A stretch of 63,382 nucleotides of DNA, counting the filler, from Octopus bimaculoides (Eukaryota): the NCBI RefSeq assembly GCF_001194135.2. It is 4 parts of 3 records of this genome, joined end to end, with 100 filler letters (N's around TTAATTAATTAA, not from the genome) between each part and the next. Parts side by side here need not be neighbours in the genome. Positions count along the whole stretch, not along the records: positions 40,402 to 63,382 come from NC_068984.1; 3 more parts are not named here. One strand, given 5' to 3'. The translations under genes and the position numbers were made by a program. Of the stretch, positions 50,762 through 63,382 are shown one piece after another. Below the pieces are notes generated by a model, which was given only the letters and a program-made list of their open reading frames with translations, made no database searches and was not told where the DNA came from. Position 1 is the first letter of the stretch; each line of letters opens with the position of its first letter.

Positions 50762-53700
50762 TCAGGTTCAGTAAAAAGCAACGTTTTGAAACATGAAGAA
50801 TTTGTACCGGCTTTTTGCAGAGTTTTGAATATTTTTTAAACATTTTTTTCGCAATCGTCTGATAATACAGATATAGACTTACCTACATGCATCAATAACT
50901 TAACATTGGTATTTTTTTAACGTTGTTACAATCATCTGAACTGTAACTGTCAAAGCATGATATTCGAGCAAGTTTGCTATTCAACTTTAAAAAAATGGAC
51001 GTAAAGTAGCTGAAGCTGCTTGCGATATCAACGAAACGTTCGCTTCGGATTTTGTGAGTTGGAGTTATTAATTTTTTGGTACTTGTTGGATTGTGTTATT
51101 GTTTGTGAAGAGGTGGACTGTTAAATTTATATTTCTTATTGTTGAACATTTATTGAACGTTGTTGCTGTTAAGTCGTTAAAACAATTGTTGTTGTCCTGG
51201 TGCGGGGGAGCCAGGATTATGGCCAGTCCGAAGAAGCAAGACGTCAAGGTGGAAGAACTCATGGAGAAGATTGTAGAATCACGTCTTCACGAAGATTCTG
51301 ACGAAGAGAGTCCGCGAATGAGGAGGTATAGTTCACATGAACAAAAAAATAATTAAGCCGTCAACTTCGAGAAAGAATCTTGATGTACCGAGTCTATTAA
51401 CGAAAGAAAAAGTAGAAGAGAGAAAAGATAAAAAGAAAGAAACAACTCGACTTTGCCGCTGTGGCGGGAGCGAAAGTAAAAAAAAAATTAACCTTGGCAA
51501 CATGGAAGAACATAGAATATCGTTAACAAGGGAGGGATATAAAATCAAAGTGGCCCCTCCAAAGAGCATCCAGCAAGAGTTAGAAAAGNNNNNNNNNNNN
51601 NNNNNNNNNNNNNNNNNNNNNNNNNNNNNNNNNNNNNNNNNNNNNNNNNNNNNNNNNNNNNNNNNNNNNNNNNNNNNNNNNNNNNNNNNNNNNNNNNNNN
51701 NNNNNNNNNNNNNNNNNNNNNNNNNNNNNNNNNNNNNNNNNNNNNNNNNNNNNNNNNNNNNNNNNNNNNNNNNNNNNNNNNNNNNNNNNNNNNNNNNNNN
51801 NNNNNNNNNNNNNNNNNNNNNNNNNNNNNNNNNNNNNNNNNNNNNNNNNNNNNNNNNNNNNNNNNNNNNNNNNNNNNNNNNNNNNNNNNNNNNNNNNNNN
51901 NNNNNNNNNNNNNNNNNNNNNNNNNNNNNNNNNNNNNNNNNNNNNNNNNNNNNNNNNNNNNNNNNNNNNNNNNNNNNNNNNNNNNNNNNNNNNNNNNNNN
52001 NNNNNNNNNNNCATGAATATTCCCCATGAGGTGGACCCAGAGTGGCTCGTTGCGGCAGTGACGATGGACCTGGAGGAAAAAATTTCAATTCTAGACGCTG
52101 CCGTGATGGAGCCACGCACCTGGCACGGCCAAAGCGTGCGGTTAATTATACAGGCAGAGCAGTCCACGCTGGAAGAAATAACCGAAATCATCGAGGTTGG
52201 TGAGACCCGTCTGGTAGTGATGGTAGAAGGTTGTCAGCCTTGATGCTTCCAGTGTGGAAAGAAGGGCCATCTCAGGGTTGACTACAAACAGAAAGAAGCC
52301 GAAAAAAAAAAGAAGTGACGGAGAAGGAGACTGAGCCAGCGTCGTCGTCACAAGGGACACCAATGCCAGAAGACGGGGAAGGGTGGTGTCTTGTCCATAA
52401 CAAGAGGACATTAAAACAACACTCCCCGGAAAAAGAAAAAAGAAAAAGAAAAATAAGAGCCACGCCAATACAAGAAAGCGAGGAAACAAGAGAAGAAATC
52501 TGCTACATGGCGGTTCACGTCTCGAATAGAGATCTGATGAACCGACTGGCAACGATACACGAGGAAAAAACGGCAGCACCGGAAAATAAAAAAAAGAAGG
52601 TGTAGAAATTTACAAGACAAATAGGAAGCACTATAATATTTTGATGAATGACTTTAGAAAAGATATTGGCCCTCCCAGATTGGACGTTTCTACAAATATG
52701 TATGAGGGCCTCATCTCTCCGACGCCGCGAGCTCGGGAAAAAGATGAGGAGGCGAGTTTCCCCCCACCTCCTACTATAAGAATTGTTTTCTCATAGTAGA
52801 AGCAATTGCTAGAGCGGTTATATGGAAGTCGAGAATGAAAGGTATTGTGACAGACAGCTTTGTCTCCGGCCTTGCTCTGGTGAATGTTTTCACTTTTCAC
52901 CTGAAAAAGAAGATGGTGCAGGAAAGGAAGTGTCTGTCAGTGAGTATGTTAAAAAAAAAGATGGACGCGTGTAGCACGTATGTTGGGAGTAAAAGGCTCT
53001 GCGTGACCACTTCATACAGATTACCAAGGTGTCGGTTGCGAAAACAGGGCTTGTAGGGTCGGAGCATGTCTGTCTTTTAAACCCCGTATTGTCTTTCATT
53101 GCATGTAATTGTCTTTGGTGTCCCATTCGATTTTTCATTTTGTCATTTTTAATTTTTATTACCATTTGATTGTATATGACCCCCAGGTCACATTGTATTG
53201 TCCCCTCTATGTGAGCCTGTTATAGGTAATAAAAAAAAGCAACGAAACGTTTGGTGCGGAGATGACCAGTGAGTGGTCAGCTGGAAAATGGTTTAAACGA
53301 TTTGACAGTGGAGACCTGAGCCTTGAAGATCGTGAGCGTAGTGGATACCCATCTGTCATCGATGACTGCCAATTAAAGACCGTCATTCAGAAAGACCCAC
53401 GTAAAACCACTCCAGAACAAGCAAAAGAACTTTAAGTTAGCCAGAAAACTACCTGCAACCATTTGTATGCGATCGGAAAATCAAAACATGTGCAACAAAT
53501 GGGTACTACGCGATTTGAATGGAAATCAGAAAATGTGCAGATATGAAATTTGTCGTCGTTTCTTCTCCGATCCATTTCTCGACCGTGTTGTAACTTTTGA
53601 TGAAAAGTGGATTCTCTACAATAAAAAAAGACGTTTTTCGCAGTGGTTGGATCAAAATGAAGCACCAAAAACCTTCCCTAAACCCGAGCTCTTCAAAAGG

Positions 53701-54245
53701 AAGGTCATGTTGACTGTTTGGTGATGCACTGCTAGACTCATTTCCTATAACTTCTTAAAATCCGGAAAAACCTTTACTGCAGAAACATATTATCATGAAA
53801 ATGCCAAAATGAACAAAGAACTGCTACTCCTCCATCCCAGACTGGTCGACAGAAGAGAGTCAATCATTCTTCATGACAATACTCAAATACACGTTTCACT
53901 AATGACGTTCCAGAAGTTGAGGGAACTTGGCTACGAAGTTCTTCCCCACCCAGCTTATTCCCCAGACCTTTCTCCTACCGACTATTACTTTTTCAAGCAC
54001 CTTGATGGTTTCCTGCGAGAGAAGGAGTTCAAACATCAAACCGATGTTGAAAGTGCGTTCAAAGAGTTCATCAGCTCCAGAACTCCAGATTTTTATGTTA
54101 CCGGAATAAACAAACTTGTAACTCGTTGGCAAAAATGTATTGATTGTAATGGTACTTACTTTGATGAATAAAATTTCCGCATTGTTGAAATATATTGTGT
54201 TGAATTTCGTGTTTCAAAATGTTGCTTACTTTTTACTTAGCCTGA
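50762..54245 (+). mobile_element. full-length mariner (DD34D) transposon, pseudogenised, split by a 2.2-kb retrotransposon
   Basis: TA-tcagg...cctga-TA imperfect TIRs; ~1273 bp once the insert is removed; WFKRFDSGDLSLEDRERSG; VVTFDEKW; LHDN-x-YSPDLSPTDY with 34 residues between D2 and D3. Confidence 0.93.
51041..53239 (+). mobile_element. Tx1/L1-like element with ORF1 only, an ORF2 C-terminal stub and poly(A); 12-bp TSD
   Basis: TSD caacgaaacgtt at 51029-51040 and 53240-53251. ORF1-like from ATG 51219, with zinc knuckle CFQCGKKGHLRVDY at 52244. ORF2-like tail AIARAVIWKSRMKG...FHLKKKMVQER from ~52795. Ends aataaaaaaaa. Confidence 0.8.
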
Positions 54246-54276
54246 TATATATATAAATATAAATCTATATCTATGA

Positions 54277-54377
<101 letters not shown>

Positions 54378-57300
54378 CGTGTGTGTGTATGCGCGCGCGA
54401 ACGTCTGTGTGTATGCGCGTTCCTGTTTTGTTCAATTATAATAAAAACAATTTTACAATAATCTGAAAGGTTACTCTATACTCTTGTAGATTACAAATTT
54501 ATCATTCTTAAACAAGAATATTATTGACAATGACATCGAAGTTTCAGCCAGATAAGTCATCGTCGGTGGCAGATGTTAGGTGGTTAGCTTCGCAAGTGAG
54601 AGCTACAGAAGTTGTATATAAACGGAAGATAGTAATTACTTTGGTCAATTTTGTTACTATTAACTGAAGAGTGTTATCGAAAATAGTTAACTGGCATAGA
54701 TTCATTGACCTTGTTTTGGTCAAAGTCTGAATGATTGCTAGATTGAGCAGCATCGCATCATAGCCATTGTGCCATGATGCATAGATTGCTACGAACAACA
54801 AAAGAGTTCATAACCAAGTACAAATACATGGAATTAAAAGGGTAACCACAATAGACTCCCTCATTAAAGATGATGTATCTTTTCTTTAATAAACAAAAAT
54901 GATTGATTTCTTATATTATCACCACATTACACAATTATAATGAAATGATACACACGATTGAATGGGGCCCAGTATATTACTGACAGTATTATTTTGTAAA
55001 TATCAGATAAAATAAATTAAGTCGAACCTAACTACTTAACTTAAGTAAATGTAACTAAACATCACAAGGTTTCTGCTTGGGGTTCTAACATTTTTGCTAA
55101 ACACAACCCAGCCTGTAGTTTAAAATGATGGATTCTTTACTCATAACAACTCATAATATATGGACAAATCTACGTCATTTTCGTGAGAGCAGTTGAATTA
55201 ATCAACTCTTGTACGTGACTGGTATTAATTCGACCAGACAGTTGAAAAGAAAAGTTGATTTCAGAATACCCTTCCGCATCAGGTTAGATGCAGGCGGACT
55301 CACTTCTCATAACTATCTATCTAGATAAATAGCAATATGGATATAGATGAATAAGCAAAAATGAGCAAAGAAAAATGATTAAGTGACCAGTGGGACGGGA
55401 CGTATATGAACAATATGTGTACGTACGTTCGTACGTATGTATGTATGTATGTATGTATGTTTGTATGTATGTATGTATGTATGTATGTTTGTATGTATGC
55501 ATGTATGTATTACGTCGTCTTTGCTGGCTGTTTCTCGTATCCGATAAGTTCAATGTCTTTTGATTGACTGATTCCGCAACACTTAATGGGGTGATGACTT
55601 GGAAGGCTAACCCGCGGGTGAAATAAGTTCGGTACGGGTTCGTTGTTTGTGGATATGGTTGATAATGCTGATAAATATTGCTGATAAATATTGACATTAT
55701 GTGCAAGACATCAACAAGACAAAATCGAAAGTAGCAGAAACCAATATTTCTTGTCTTCTATGACCTGGGAATGGTTTTTGACAATGTGTCATGAGATATC
55801 TTCTCATGGATAGTTCTTCAATGTTTTGGCTGTCCAGACCTTTCGATCCCACTCATTAAGGCACTCGCTGGTTTTTATCAAAATAAAGTCTTTGAACATT
55901 TTCTGATTAAATGTTGATCGAAGTAGGTTTGCACTGAAGCAGCTCTTGCACCAACACTCATTTCTTTATTACCTACCTTCAATGCCTTTTTTACTTCCTT
56001 CACACAAACCATGAATTGGCATCAGATGTTATTTTGGTGATTTATCCAGATTTCGGTCAATTCGATTTCCGACATCCAAAAAGATTATAATGTTTCCCTA
56101 TTTAGATATCTACTCTTCTAGACAGGAGCGCCTGTGATCTTTCAACCTCTTTTGTACATAGGAGCACTTCGGTTTCACAATGAATGACAAGAACGCTAAA
56201 GTCCTGGTCCACCCTGCTCCAACGGTTTTATTTTCAACATCATTTTCTCTCATACATTTCAACCAAACGTCTTTCTGAAAATGATGCAAATCACAGAATT
56301 GAATATGCCTCTTTAACATTTTGAAACGTAACAAAATGAGTGTGAGGAACAATGATCAAAGTAATAGTATTATTGGTAGGCGCAATTCATTCAGAGTTTC
56401 TGAAAACGCCGACGTGTAACACCGTTACACATTTAGACCCTAATATTTAAATGGAAAGAAAATAGAAAAATTGATATTCAGAAAATTTCCAAGCGCCTCT
56501 CCCTACTGTAACGTGTTCAGGTTATCTCACAACTAAGCTACCCAAATTATTTCACTTTTAGAACAATCTGTGTATTCACCGCACAAATCGTGTTTATTTT
56601 GGTTCTATTTTGAATTATGTAGTAAAACAATTTTTGTCCCACCCACTTGATAATGGCATCAACATCGACAATTAAATTGTGGTGCGTCAAACAAACTGGG
56701 GACTGACAAGTATTTTGATGAACTACAGCACTGAATTATCTCGCTTGAAAAGTAGAATAATTAAGAAAATCACGCTTAGATGCAAATTTAACATTGAAGA
56801 CATTATTCGTAAAATAAAATTTTCTCTCGCTCATACAGTTCGTTTTCATATTCCTATAAAGGAACCAAGTAGCAGAGGGCTTTCCAATTCAGTAAACTAA
56901 ATCCAAGTTTTTTATGTTCGTAATCAAAGACAGGAAATATAAAAGAATGAAAAAAGTCCTCCCAGTCTTTTTGCTGTTAAAGAAGTTACACATGCATCCT
57001 ATTCTGTTATGCACAACCACAGCCTTAGGTTAACAACTTGCAGTTAGCTATTTTAAAATAGAATTCAGTTATGCTCACGCGAATCCTGAAGGCATTATTG
57101 AACGTAATTGCTTGAGCTGAAGAAGAAATTAACTCTGATCTAGGTGACTGTCATTGTTTCGCTCATTTCACACAGACAACAGCAATCATATTATATTAAA
57201 TTGATTTCTTTTATGCATAAATGTTTCCAACCTTATGTAGTTAGTGATATTGAATTTCCTCAATTGAAAGAAGAAACAGAAATAAAAAGCTTTTAGGGGA

Positions 57301-58996
57301 AAGCTTCAATTAGTAAGCAAATTAGAGTGTTCTAGTTAGAGTATAGTATTATTCTAACAAGAATAACAAGAACGTATAGTGTCTGATGCCACAAACAACT
57401 GTACTTGAATACACTTATCTGAATGAAAGGCTTCCATGGCTTACATACAACAGGATAGGAATGGAGTGTCGTACATACTAGACTAAACTCTCATTCTTTT
57501 TATCAACTGTTATAATAGTGAGACAACTCTTTTTAGGCAACTGGTAATCGATAATTACAAAGTTGTTATTCTACACATTGTCTAGTTTCTTTTTGTATTG
57601 GCCATTGGCTAGCATTAGCAACAGTAATGTACATCAAACGAATAATTAATTTTTACTTGTGTCTACGACTTCCTTTGAAAGGTAAGTTTTAATTTTCATT
57701 GTCCTCATCTACTGATGTCAATTGACAAACGTTTGATACTAGCCACAACAGTTTCATAGTAACTCTTAAAGAGACAAAATGGGCTTTAGCTGCATGCGAC
57801 TAACACATTTTACTCATTTAAGAGTGTTTCTTTCTCATTTCCAAGAAAACAAATTTGGACGGTGCCAGTACCTTTCTATTTTATTTACTTTGCAACTAAA
57901 CCTCATAGACTAATTCAGGTAGCATATGTAACACACCCATATAGTTCATGCTATACGTGAAATGTATATTCTACGTGTGAACATTAAGAAATTTACAGGC
58001 CCCGATGATATTCTATTCATTTCTTCCTCGATATAGATTCTGTTTTCATCCTTAAATCAAAGCTTATCGATTTTAAAATACAGATAACATGAATAACGTA
58101 ATCTCAATACCATTAAAAAGACAGGAGGGTCAGTGGTTAAATGATTTTGAATACAGGTCTGTTTGAACAGGTTTGACCAGGATCTAAACAAGCGCAACAA
58201 CCACTATGTCTAATGGAACAGTATATATTCAGTATGTTCAGAATATATATACTGAATATAGATATACACACTTTTTAAAAATACAATGATGATGCAGCAA
58301 ACGCTCCATTCTCCTTGATTATTTCAACTCTGCAATTTTCCAACTGTTAATCTCAGCAACATTCCCAAAATAGACACTATTTTTCTATCAATATATACTT
58401 TCATCATATTGTCCAGTTGGAATATTCCACTCAAGCAGCATTTAACAGTAAGCAAGAAGGAATCCATATTTATTGTAAAGATCAATACCACATCCATATT
58501 TCTCATGTTCAAGATTATTCTGAAATAATCTCCTACCATGCGCACATTTTTATCATTGGAGAGAATCAGAGGAAATGGACAAACAACAAGGAACACAAAA
58601 GATGAAGTAGTCCAAATAACATATTTGCGTCTGATGAAAGTTATGAAAAAATACGTTTCTTTATGATTTAGTGAGGAGGAATACCTCCGAAAGAAGAGTT
58701 GTTCATGGATATTTCGTTACTACTTGAGAGAGAGAAAAATGGGTAGAAAGAGAATGATATAAGTTCGACATGCTTGAAAGCAAGAATCGGACGTACTGCT
58801 TAGTGTAATGGCTAGCATGGAAGACACGACGAGAGGTTGTGAATCGTCTGATAAGAGTGGTTGTGGGTGGCGGCGGTATGTAATCAATTAATTCTGAGGA
58901 ACGGAACATATTGGGTAGGATTATAAAAGACAGAGTGAGGTATCAGTATATCTATGGGAGGTAATTTGAGTGAGATTTTTTGGATACACTCTAGGG

Positions 58997-59223
58997 CAGC
59001 GTTTTTCAAACTGTGCGTCCCGACCCTTCTGTTGGTCGCGAGATAAAATGGGTCGCCAAAAAAAAAAAGGAAATNNNNNNNNNNGAGATAAAATGGGTCG
59101 CCAAAAAAAAAAAGGAAATAAAAAGCATAAGTGGGTGCGAAGTGCAGAATATAAACGAGCGTTTTTTAAACTGTGGGTCCCGACCCTTCAGTGAATCGCG
59201 ACAAAAACTTTTGAAAAACGCTG
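58997..59223. mobile_element. hAT (Charlie-like) MITE
   Basis: 14-bp TIR cagcgtttttcaaa / tttgaaaaacgctg; 8-bp TSD ctctaggg at 58989-58996 and 59224-59231. Confidence 0.9.
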
Positions 59224-59602
59224 CTCTAGGGTATTTATGTGTGTTGCTGCAGTACTGATCCATATATGGAAACACTCTTCCATTGGGGGTCTTACATGAA
59301 GACTGAACATAGTCAACAACTTCTCAGAGCTAAAGCGTCTTGTCGCTCTGGAAAGGAAAGCTCTCTTTTCGGATGGAGATTGTGCTATGGCATTTCAACA
59401 TAAGACATCATTAATTGCTAGGCTCAGTTTTTGTAATGGTTTGAAGGGTTTTACTTGCATGTCGCTGATGCCTAGAGAGATTAGAGTGCAAGGTTGTTTC
59501 TTTGATAAGTGCAGAGGTTACTTCTTTGTGTTGTTAAAAGAAAGAATTACGAATTGCGAAAAATTTAAATCGTTAATCCCAGGAAGACTCGCCAAATAGA
59601 TT

Positions 59603-59818
59603 ATTTCTTTCTAATATAAGCACAAAGCCTGAAATACAGGGGGAAGGGTATAGTCAATTACATCGATTCCATTGCTCAAATGGAACTTATTTTATCGACT
59701 TCAAAAGGGTGAAAGTGAAAGTCCACTTCGGCAGAACTTGAGCTCAGAAGGGGAAGCCGGAAAAATACTGTTAAGCGTTTCGTTCGACGTACTAACAATT
59801 CTGTCAGCTTGCCGCCTT
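59603..59818 (-). mobile_element. SINE family A, diverged
   Basis: ttttatcgac...aaagtccacttcggcagaacttgagctcagaa...aacaattctgtcagcttgccgcc. Confidence 0.75.
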
Positions 59819-59952
59819 ACTCACCAAATAGACTAATGAAATGAGAAACAAGATCTTGTTTTTATATGCTTAAAGATTCGCTCCACTACCACTCTAAATA
59901 AATCTGCTTTTCTCTAAATTCTCTGAACTTCTACCACTTCCTTTCATTCACA

Positions 59953-60002
<50 letters not shown>

Positions 60003-60122
60003 NNNNNNNNNNNNNNNNNNNNNNNNNNNNNNNNNNNNNNNNNNNNNNNNNNNNNNNNNNNNNNNNNNNNNNNNNNNNNNNNNNNNNNNNNNNNNNNNNN
60101 NNNNNNNNNNNNNNNNNNNNNN

Positions 60123-60164
<42 letters not shown>

Positions 60165-61559
60165 ATGCGTATGTATCTGTGATTGTCTTTCTTTGTCTAC
60201 TACTCGACTATATCTATATATAAATATCGTTTCGTTCCGGAAATAGATATATCCTTCTGTACCCGATATGCTTAACTTAGGGAAAATTTCAAGATTCCAG
60301 GGGGAGATTTATTTTTAGGTTAAAAATTCCTTATCACCTATTCACTCTCTTTTCACCAGATTTTGTTTTGTTTTTTTGTTTTTGCTTCATGNNNNNNNNN
60401 NNNNNNNNNNNNNNNNNNNNNNNNNNNNNNNNNNNNNNNNNNNNNNNNNNNNNNNNNNNNNNNNNNNNNNNNNNNNNNNNNNNNNNNNNNNNNNNNNNNN
60501 NNNNNNNNNNNNNNNNNNNNNNNNNNNNNNNNNNNNNNNNNNNNNNNNNNNNNNNNNNNNNNNNNNNNNNNNNNNNNNNNNNNNNNNNNNNNNNNNNNNN
60601 NNNNNNNNNNNNNNNNNNNNNNNNNNNNNNNNNNNNNNNNNNNNNNNNNNNNNNNNNNNNNNNNNNNNTATTCACTCTCTTTTCACCAGATTTTGTTTTG
60701 TTTTTTTGTTTTTGCTTCATGTTGATATTAAGGACGCTAATGTGAAATGTGTGTAAGGCTGTAAATTTCATGCTGTAAATTCTCTCATTGTATACAAGAC
60801 CACGTGTTTTCTGAAAGATTTTATTTTATTTCATTTATTTTATTTATTTATTTATTTATTTATTGGTTGCATGAAGAATGAAAGGCAGTTGGTGAACACT
60901 GGTAAAGATGATAAATACAGAAAAAAAAAGGGGTTAAATGTTCTTTTCGGTAAATAACTCTCGAAACTAATTGATCCCATGCATTATTAGGATAATCCAG
61001 TTCTGTCACGGTAGCTTGTTGCACCTACGTAGTTGTAAATTAATTCCTATCTATAATACACACGTTATGCAATACGTTCTTCCTTTTTCACATAGGAGAT
61101 TTATAATTTGAGAGAGATCTAGTTGCTATTTCTTGTAGGTTGTCTCTCCTTTGAGCATCACATGTACATTTGTGCCTGACGCTAAGTACATTAGAACACA
61201 TGTTAGTTGATAAATGGATTAGCATTAAGAAGTTTTATAGTTATAGACACAAGTAAGCAAGTGTTTTCTGTTTTTTGAAAAAAAATCACACCACACAAAA
61301 CGTTCTCTCACCTTCTGTTTCTATATTTCTCTGCTTTTTTAAAACTTACATCTTGTACTGTTTGTACCTCACTTCTCTTTCCTCATCTCTTTCTCTTTCT
61401 CTTTCTCTCGCGTTCTCAGACGTGGGTCACTGAATCACTTACCTATGAGTATGTCAAATATACAATATTTAATCAATTTGAGTTTCGGAGTTCTCACACT
61501 CGCTCTTTTAAATAGGAGTTCTTACTCCAGTGTTGGAATGGGCATATGGCTGCCCAATC

Positions 61560-61673
61560 CTTCTTCTTCTTCTTCTTCTTCTTCTTCTTCTTCTTCTTCT
61601 TCTTCTTCTTCTTCTTCTTCTTCTTCTTCTTCTTCTTCTTCTTCTTCTTCTTCTTCTTCTTCTTCTTCTTCTT
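61560..61673. repeat. (CTT)n microsatellite
   Basis: Pure trinucleotide run into a gap; one of many (AC)n, (AT)n, (AG)n, (AAT)n, (ATAC)n, (ATCT)n and (CTTT)n tracts in the window. Confidence 0.95.
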
Positions 61674-61974
61674 NNNNNNNNNNNNNNNNNNNNNNNNNNN
61701 NNNNNNNNNNNNNNNNNNNNNNNNNNNNNNNNNNNNNNNNNNNNNNNNNNNNNNNNNNNNNNNNNNNNNNNNNNNNNNNNNNNNNNNNNNNNNNNNNNNN
61801 NNNNNNNNNNNNNNNNNNNNNNNNNNNNNNNNNNNNNNNNNNNNNNNNNNNNNNNNNNNNNNNNNNNNNNNNNNNNNNNNNNNNNNNNNNNNNNNNNNNN
61901 NNNNNNNNNNNNNNNNNNNNNNNNNNNNNNNNNNNNAGGAACACAGAAAGAAACAAGGAGAGAAAATAAAGAAT

Positions 61975-62560
61975 GTGTAGTGGCTAGCGATCTATCAAGG
62001 ACAACTCATGGACACAAGCAACGATTTCTTTACCGAATCGTTACTGGCGACGAAAAATGGTGCCTGTACATCAATATGAAGCAGCGTAAGGAATGGCTTA
62101 GCCTAGGTAAACAAGCGACACTGCGCGTGAAACAAGATCTTCATCCGCGTAAAACGATGTTGTGCGTATGGTGGGACTGGGAAGGGATTAACCATTACGA
62201 ATTGCTTGAACGAAACCAAACGATCAACGCGGAAGTCTATGTTCGACAGCTAGAACGACTCAACACGGCTATTCAAGAGAAAAGACCTAATCAGCAGCAT
62301 GGAGCTATTTATTCTACTGCACGACAAAGCCCGACCTCATATCGCCAATATGACCAAGGAAGCCATTCAAACGCATAGCTGAGAAATGCTGCCACACCCG
62401 CCGTACTCTCCTGATTCGGCACCAGCGGATTTCCACCTTTTTCAATCTCTTTCAAATGCTATGCGCCGCGTTTCGTTCAATACTGATGCAGATTTGAGAG
62501 CTTGGTTGGATCAATTTTTCGAGTCGAAATCGGGTGATTTCTATCAACGAGGCATTGAAA
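61975..62560 (+). mobile_element. mariner (DD34D-type) transposase fragment
   Basis: FLYRIVTGDEKW; LHPRKTMLCVWWD; frameshift near D2; LPHPPYSPDSAPADFHLF. Confidence 0.88.
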
Positions 62561-62619
62561 ACGTTGCTATTGTTCAATCATCAGAATTACCAACAAACTA
62601 TATTACAATGGTAATACTT

Positions 62620-62825
62620 CGGCAGAATCGTTAGCACGCCGGGCGAAATGTTTAGCGGTATTTTGCCTGTCTTTACGTTCTGAGTTCAAATTCCACCGAG
62701 GTCAACTTTGTCTTTCATCATTTCGGGGTCGATACATTAAGTATCGGTTGCATACTGGGGTCGATCTATTCGTCTGGCCCCCCTCGCACAAAATTTCTCG
62801 CCTTGCGCCTAAAGTAGGAAAGAAT
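62620..62825 (+). mobile_element. SINE family A
   Basis: ggcagaatcgttagcacgccgggcgaaatg...ttacgttctgagttcaaattccaccgagg...ggggtcgat. Confidence 0.85.
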
Positions 62826-63221
62826 ACTTCAGCATTTCATGAATACCTTTAACTTAGATGTGTGTATATACACACATGCACATATATACTCACATATACA
62901 TACACATATGCACACATATAAGCACAAATATTAACACATATACGTATGCACACACGCGTGCGTGTGCGACAGCAGTTACAGCAGTAGTAGATATATGTAT
63001 CTATAAAAGATACGATTGGAATGTTATAGCTATGGTGGGTGGGGATTTACAAAGCAGAGCAATCGTGCTTGCACCCACTCGTATATGTATTTTAACACGC
63101 ACACGTACACACATACATTGCCGTTGATTGTTTACCAATAAATCACCGATACCTCACTAACACATCAAGCTGTTCCTGAGAAAAGGAAAATAAAAAATCT
63201 TTAAATTTAGCCCGAATGCAC

Positions 63222-63259
<38 letters not shown>

Positions 63260-63262
<3 letters not shown>

Positions 63263-63382
63263 CAATGAATTCCGGGTAGAGGTAGGGGTCCACCAAGGTT
63301 CCGTCCTCAGCCCCCTCTTATTTATCATAGTCCTCCAGGCAATCACAGAGGAGTTCAAGACAGGTTGCCCCTGGGAGCTCCT
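63260..63382 (+). mobile_element. RTE-clade RT fragment, 5'-truncated, continues past the window
   Basis: SNEFRVEVGVHQGSVLSPLLFIIVLQAITEEFKTGCPWELL (leads into YADD). Confidence 0.88.

Noticed and set aside
54655-54695. CTGAAGA...GAAA hammerhead-like spacing
   Set aside because: Stems I and II do not pair adequately.
58665-58705. GGAGG-aata-CCTCC-GAAA hairpin
   Set aside because: No CUGANGA core at the required position.
59040-59119. 35-bp direct repeat on both sides of a 10-N gap
   Set aside because: Identical sequence on either side of a gap indicates unmerged contig overlap.
60339-60721. ~53-bp direct repeat flanking the 60392-60668 gap
   Set aside because: Same contig-overlap artefact pattern.

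Overview
AT-rich animal DNA dominated by microsatellites and decayed transposons. About 9% of the window is N gaps, and three gaps contain an artificial TTAATTAATTAA spacer. The SINE set resembles cephalopod (Octopus-type) repeats; this is recognition from memory, not a database result. No intact protein-coding gene, rRNA, tRNA gene or CRISPR array can be supported, and almost all ORF-track entries are microsatellite or gap artefacts. Supportable content: at least seven fragments of R4/Dong-like RT+REL retrotransposons (five sit directly in (AAT)n tracts); three copies of a ~555-bp non-coding element with the same (AAT)n context; four Penelope-like fragments and two hammerhead-ribozyme-like cores; two Tx1/L1-like pieces; two RTE fragments; three DD34D mariner copies; a maT-like transposase fragment; a hAT MITE; and three tRNA-type SINE families. 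Top leads: (i) an (AAT)n-targeted array at 12.0-15.3 kb combining Dong-like elements with a non-coding passenger; (ii) an ORF1-only ('half-L1'-like) Tx1 derivative with poly(A) and a 12-bp TSD inside a full-length mariner; (iii) two minimal hammerheads at 28.2 and 28.8 kb; (iv) near-perfect fold-back palindromes with 2-3 nt loops. A few minus-strand stretches look like possible host exons but cannot be assigned.
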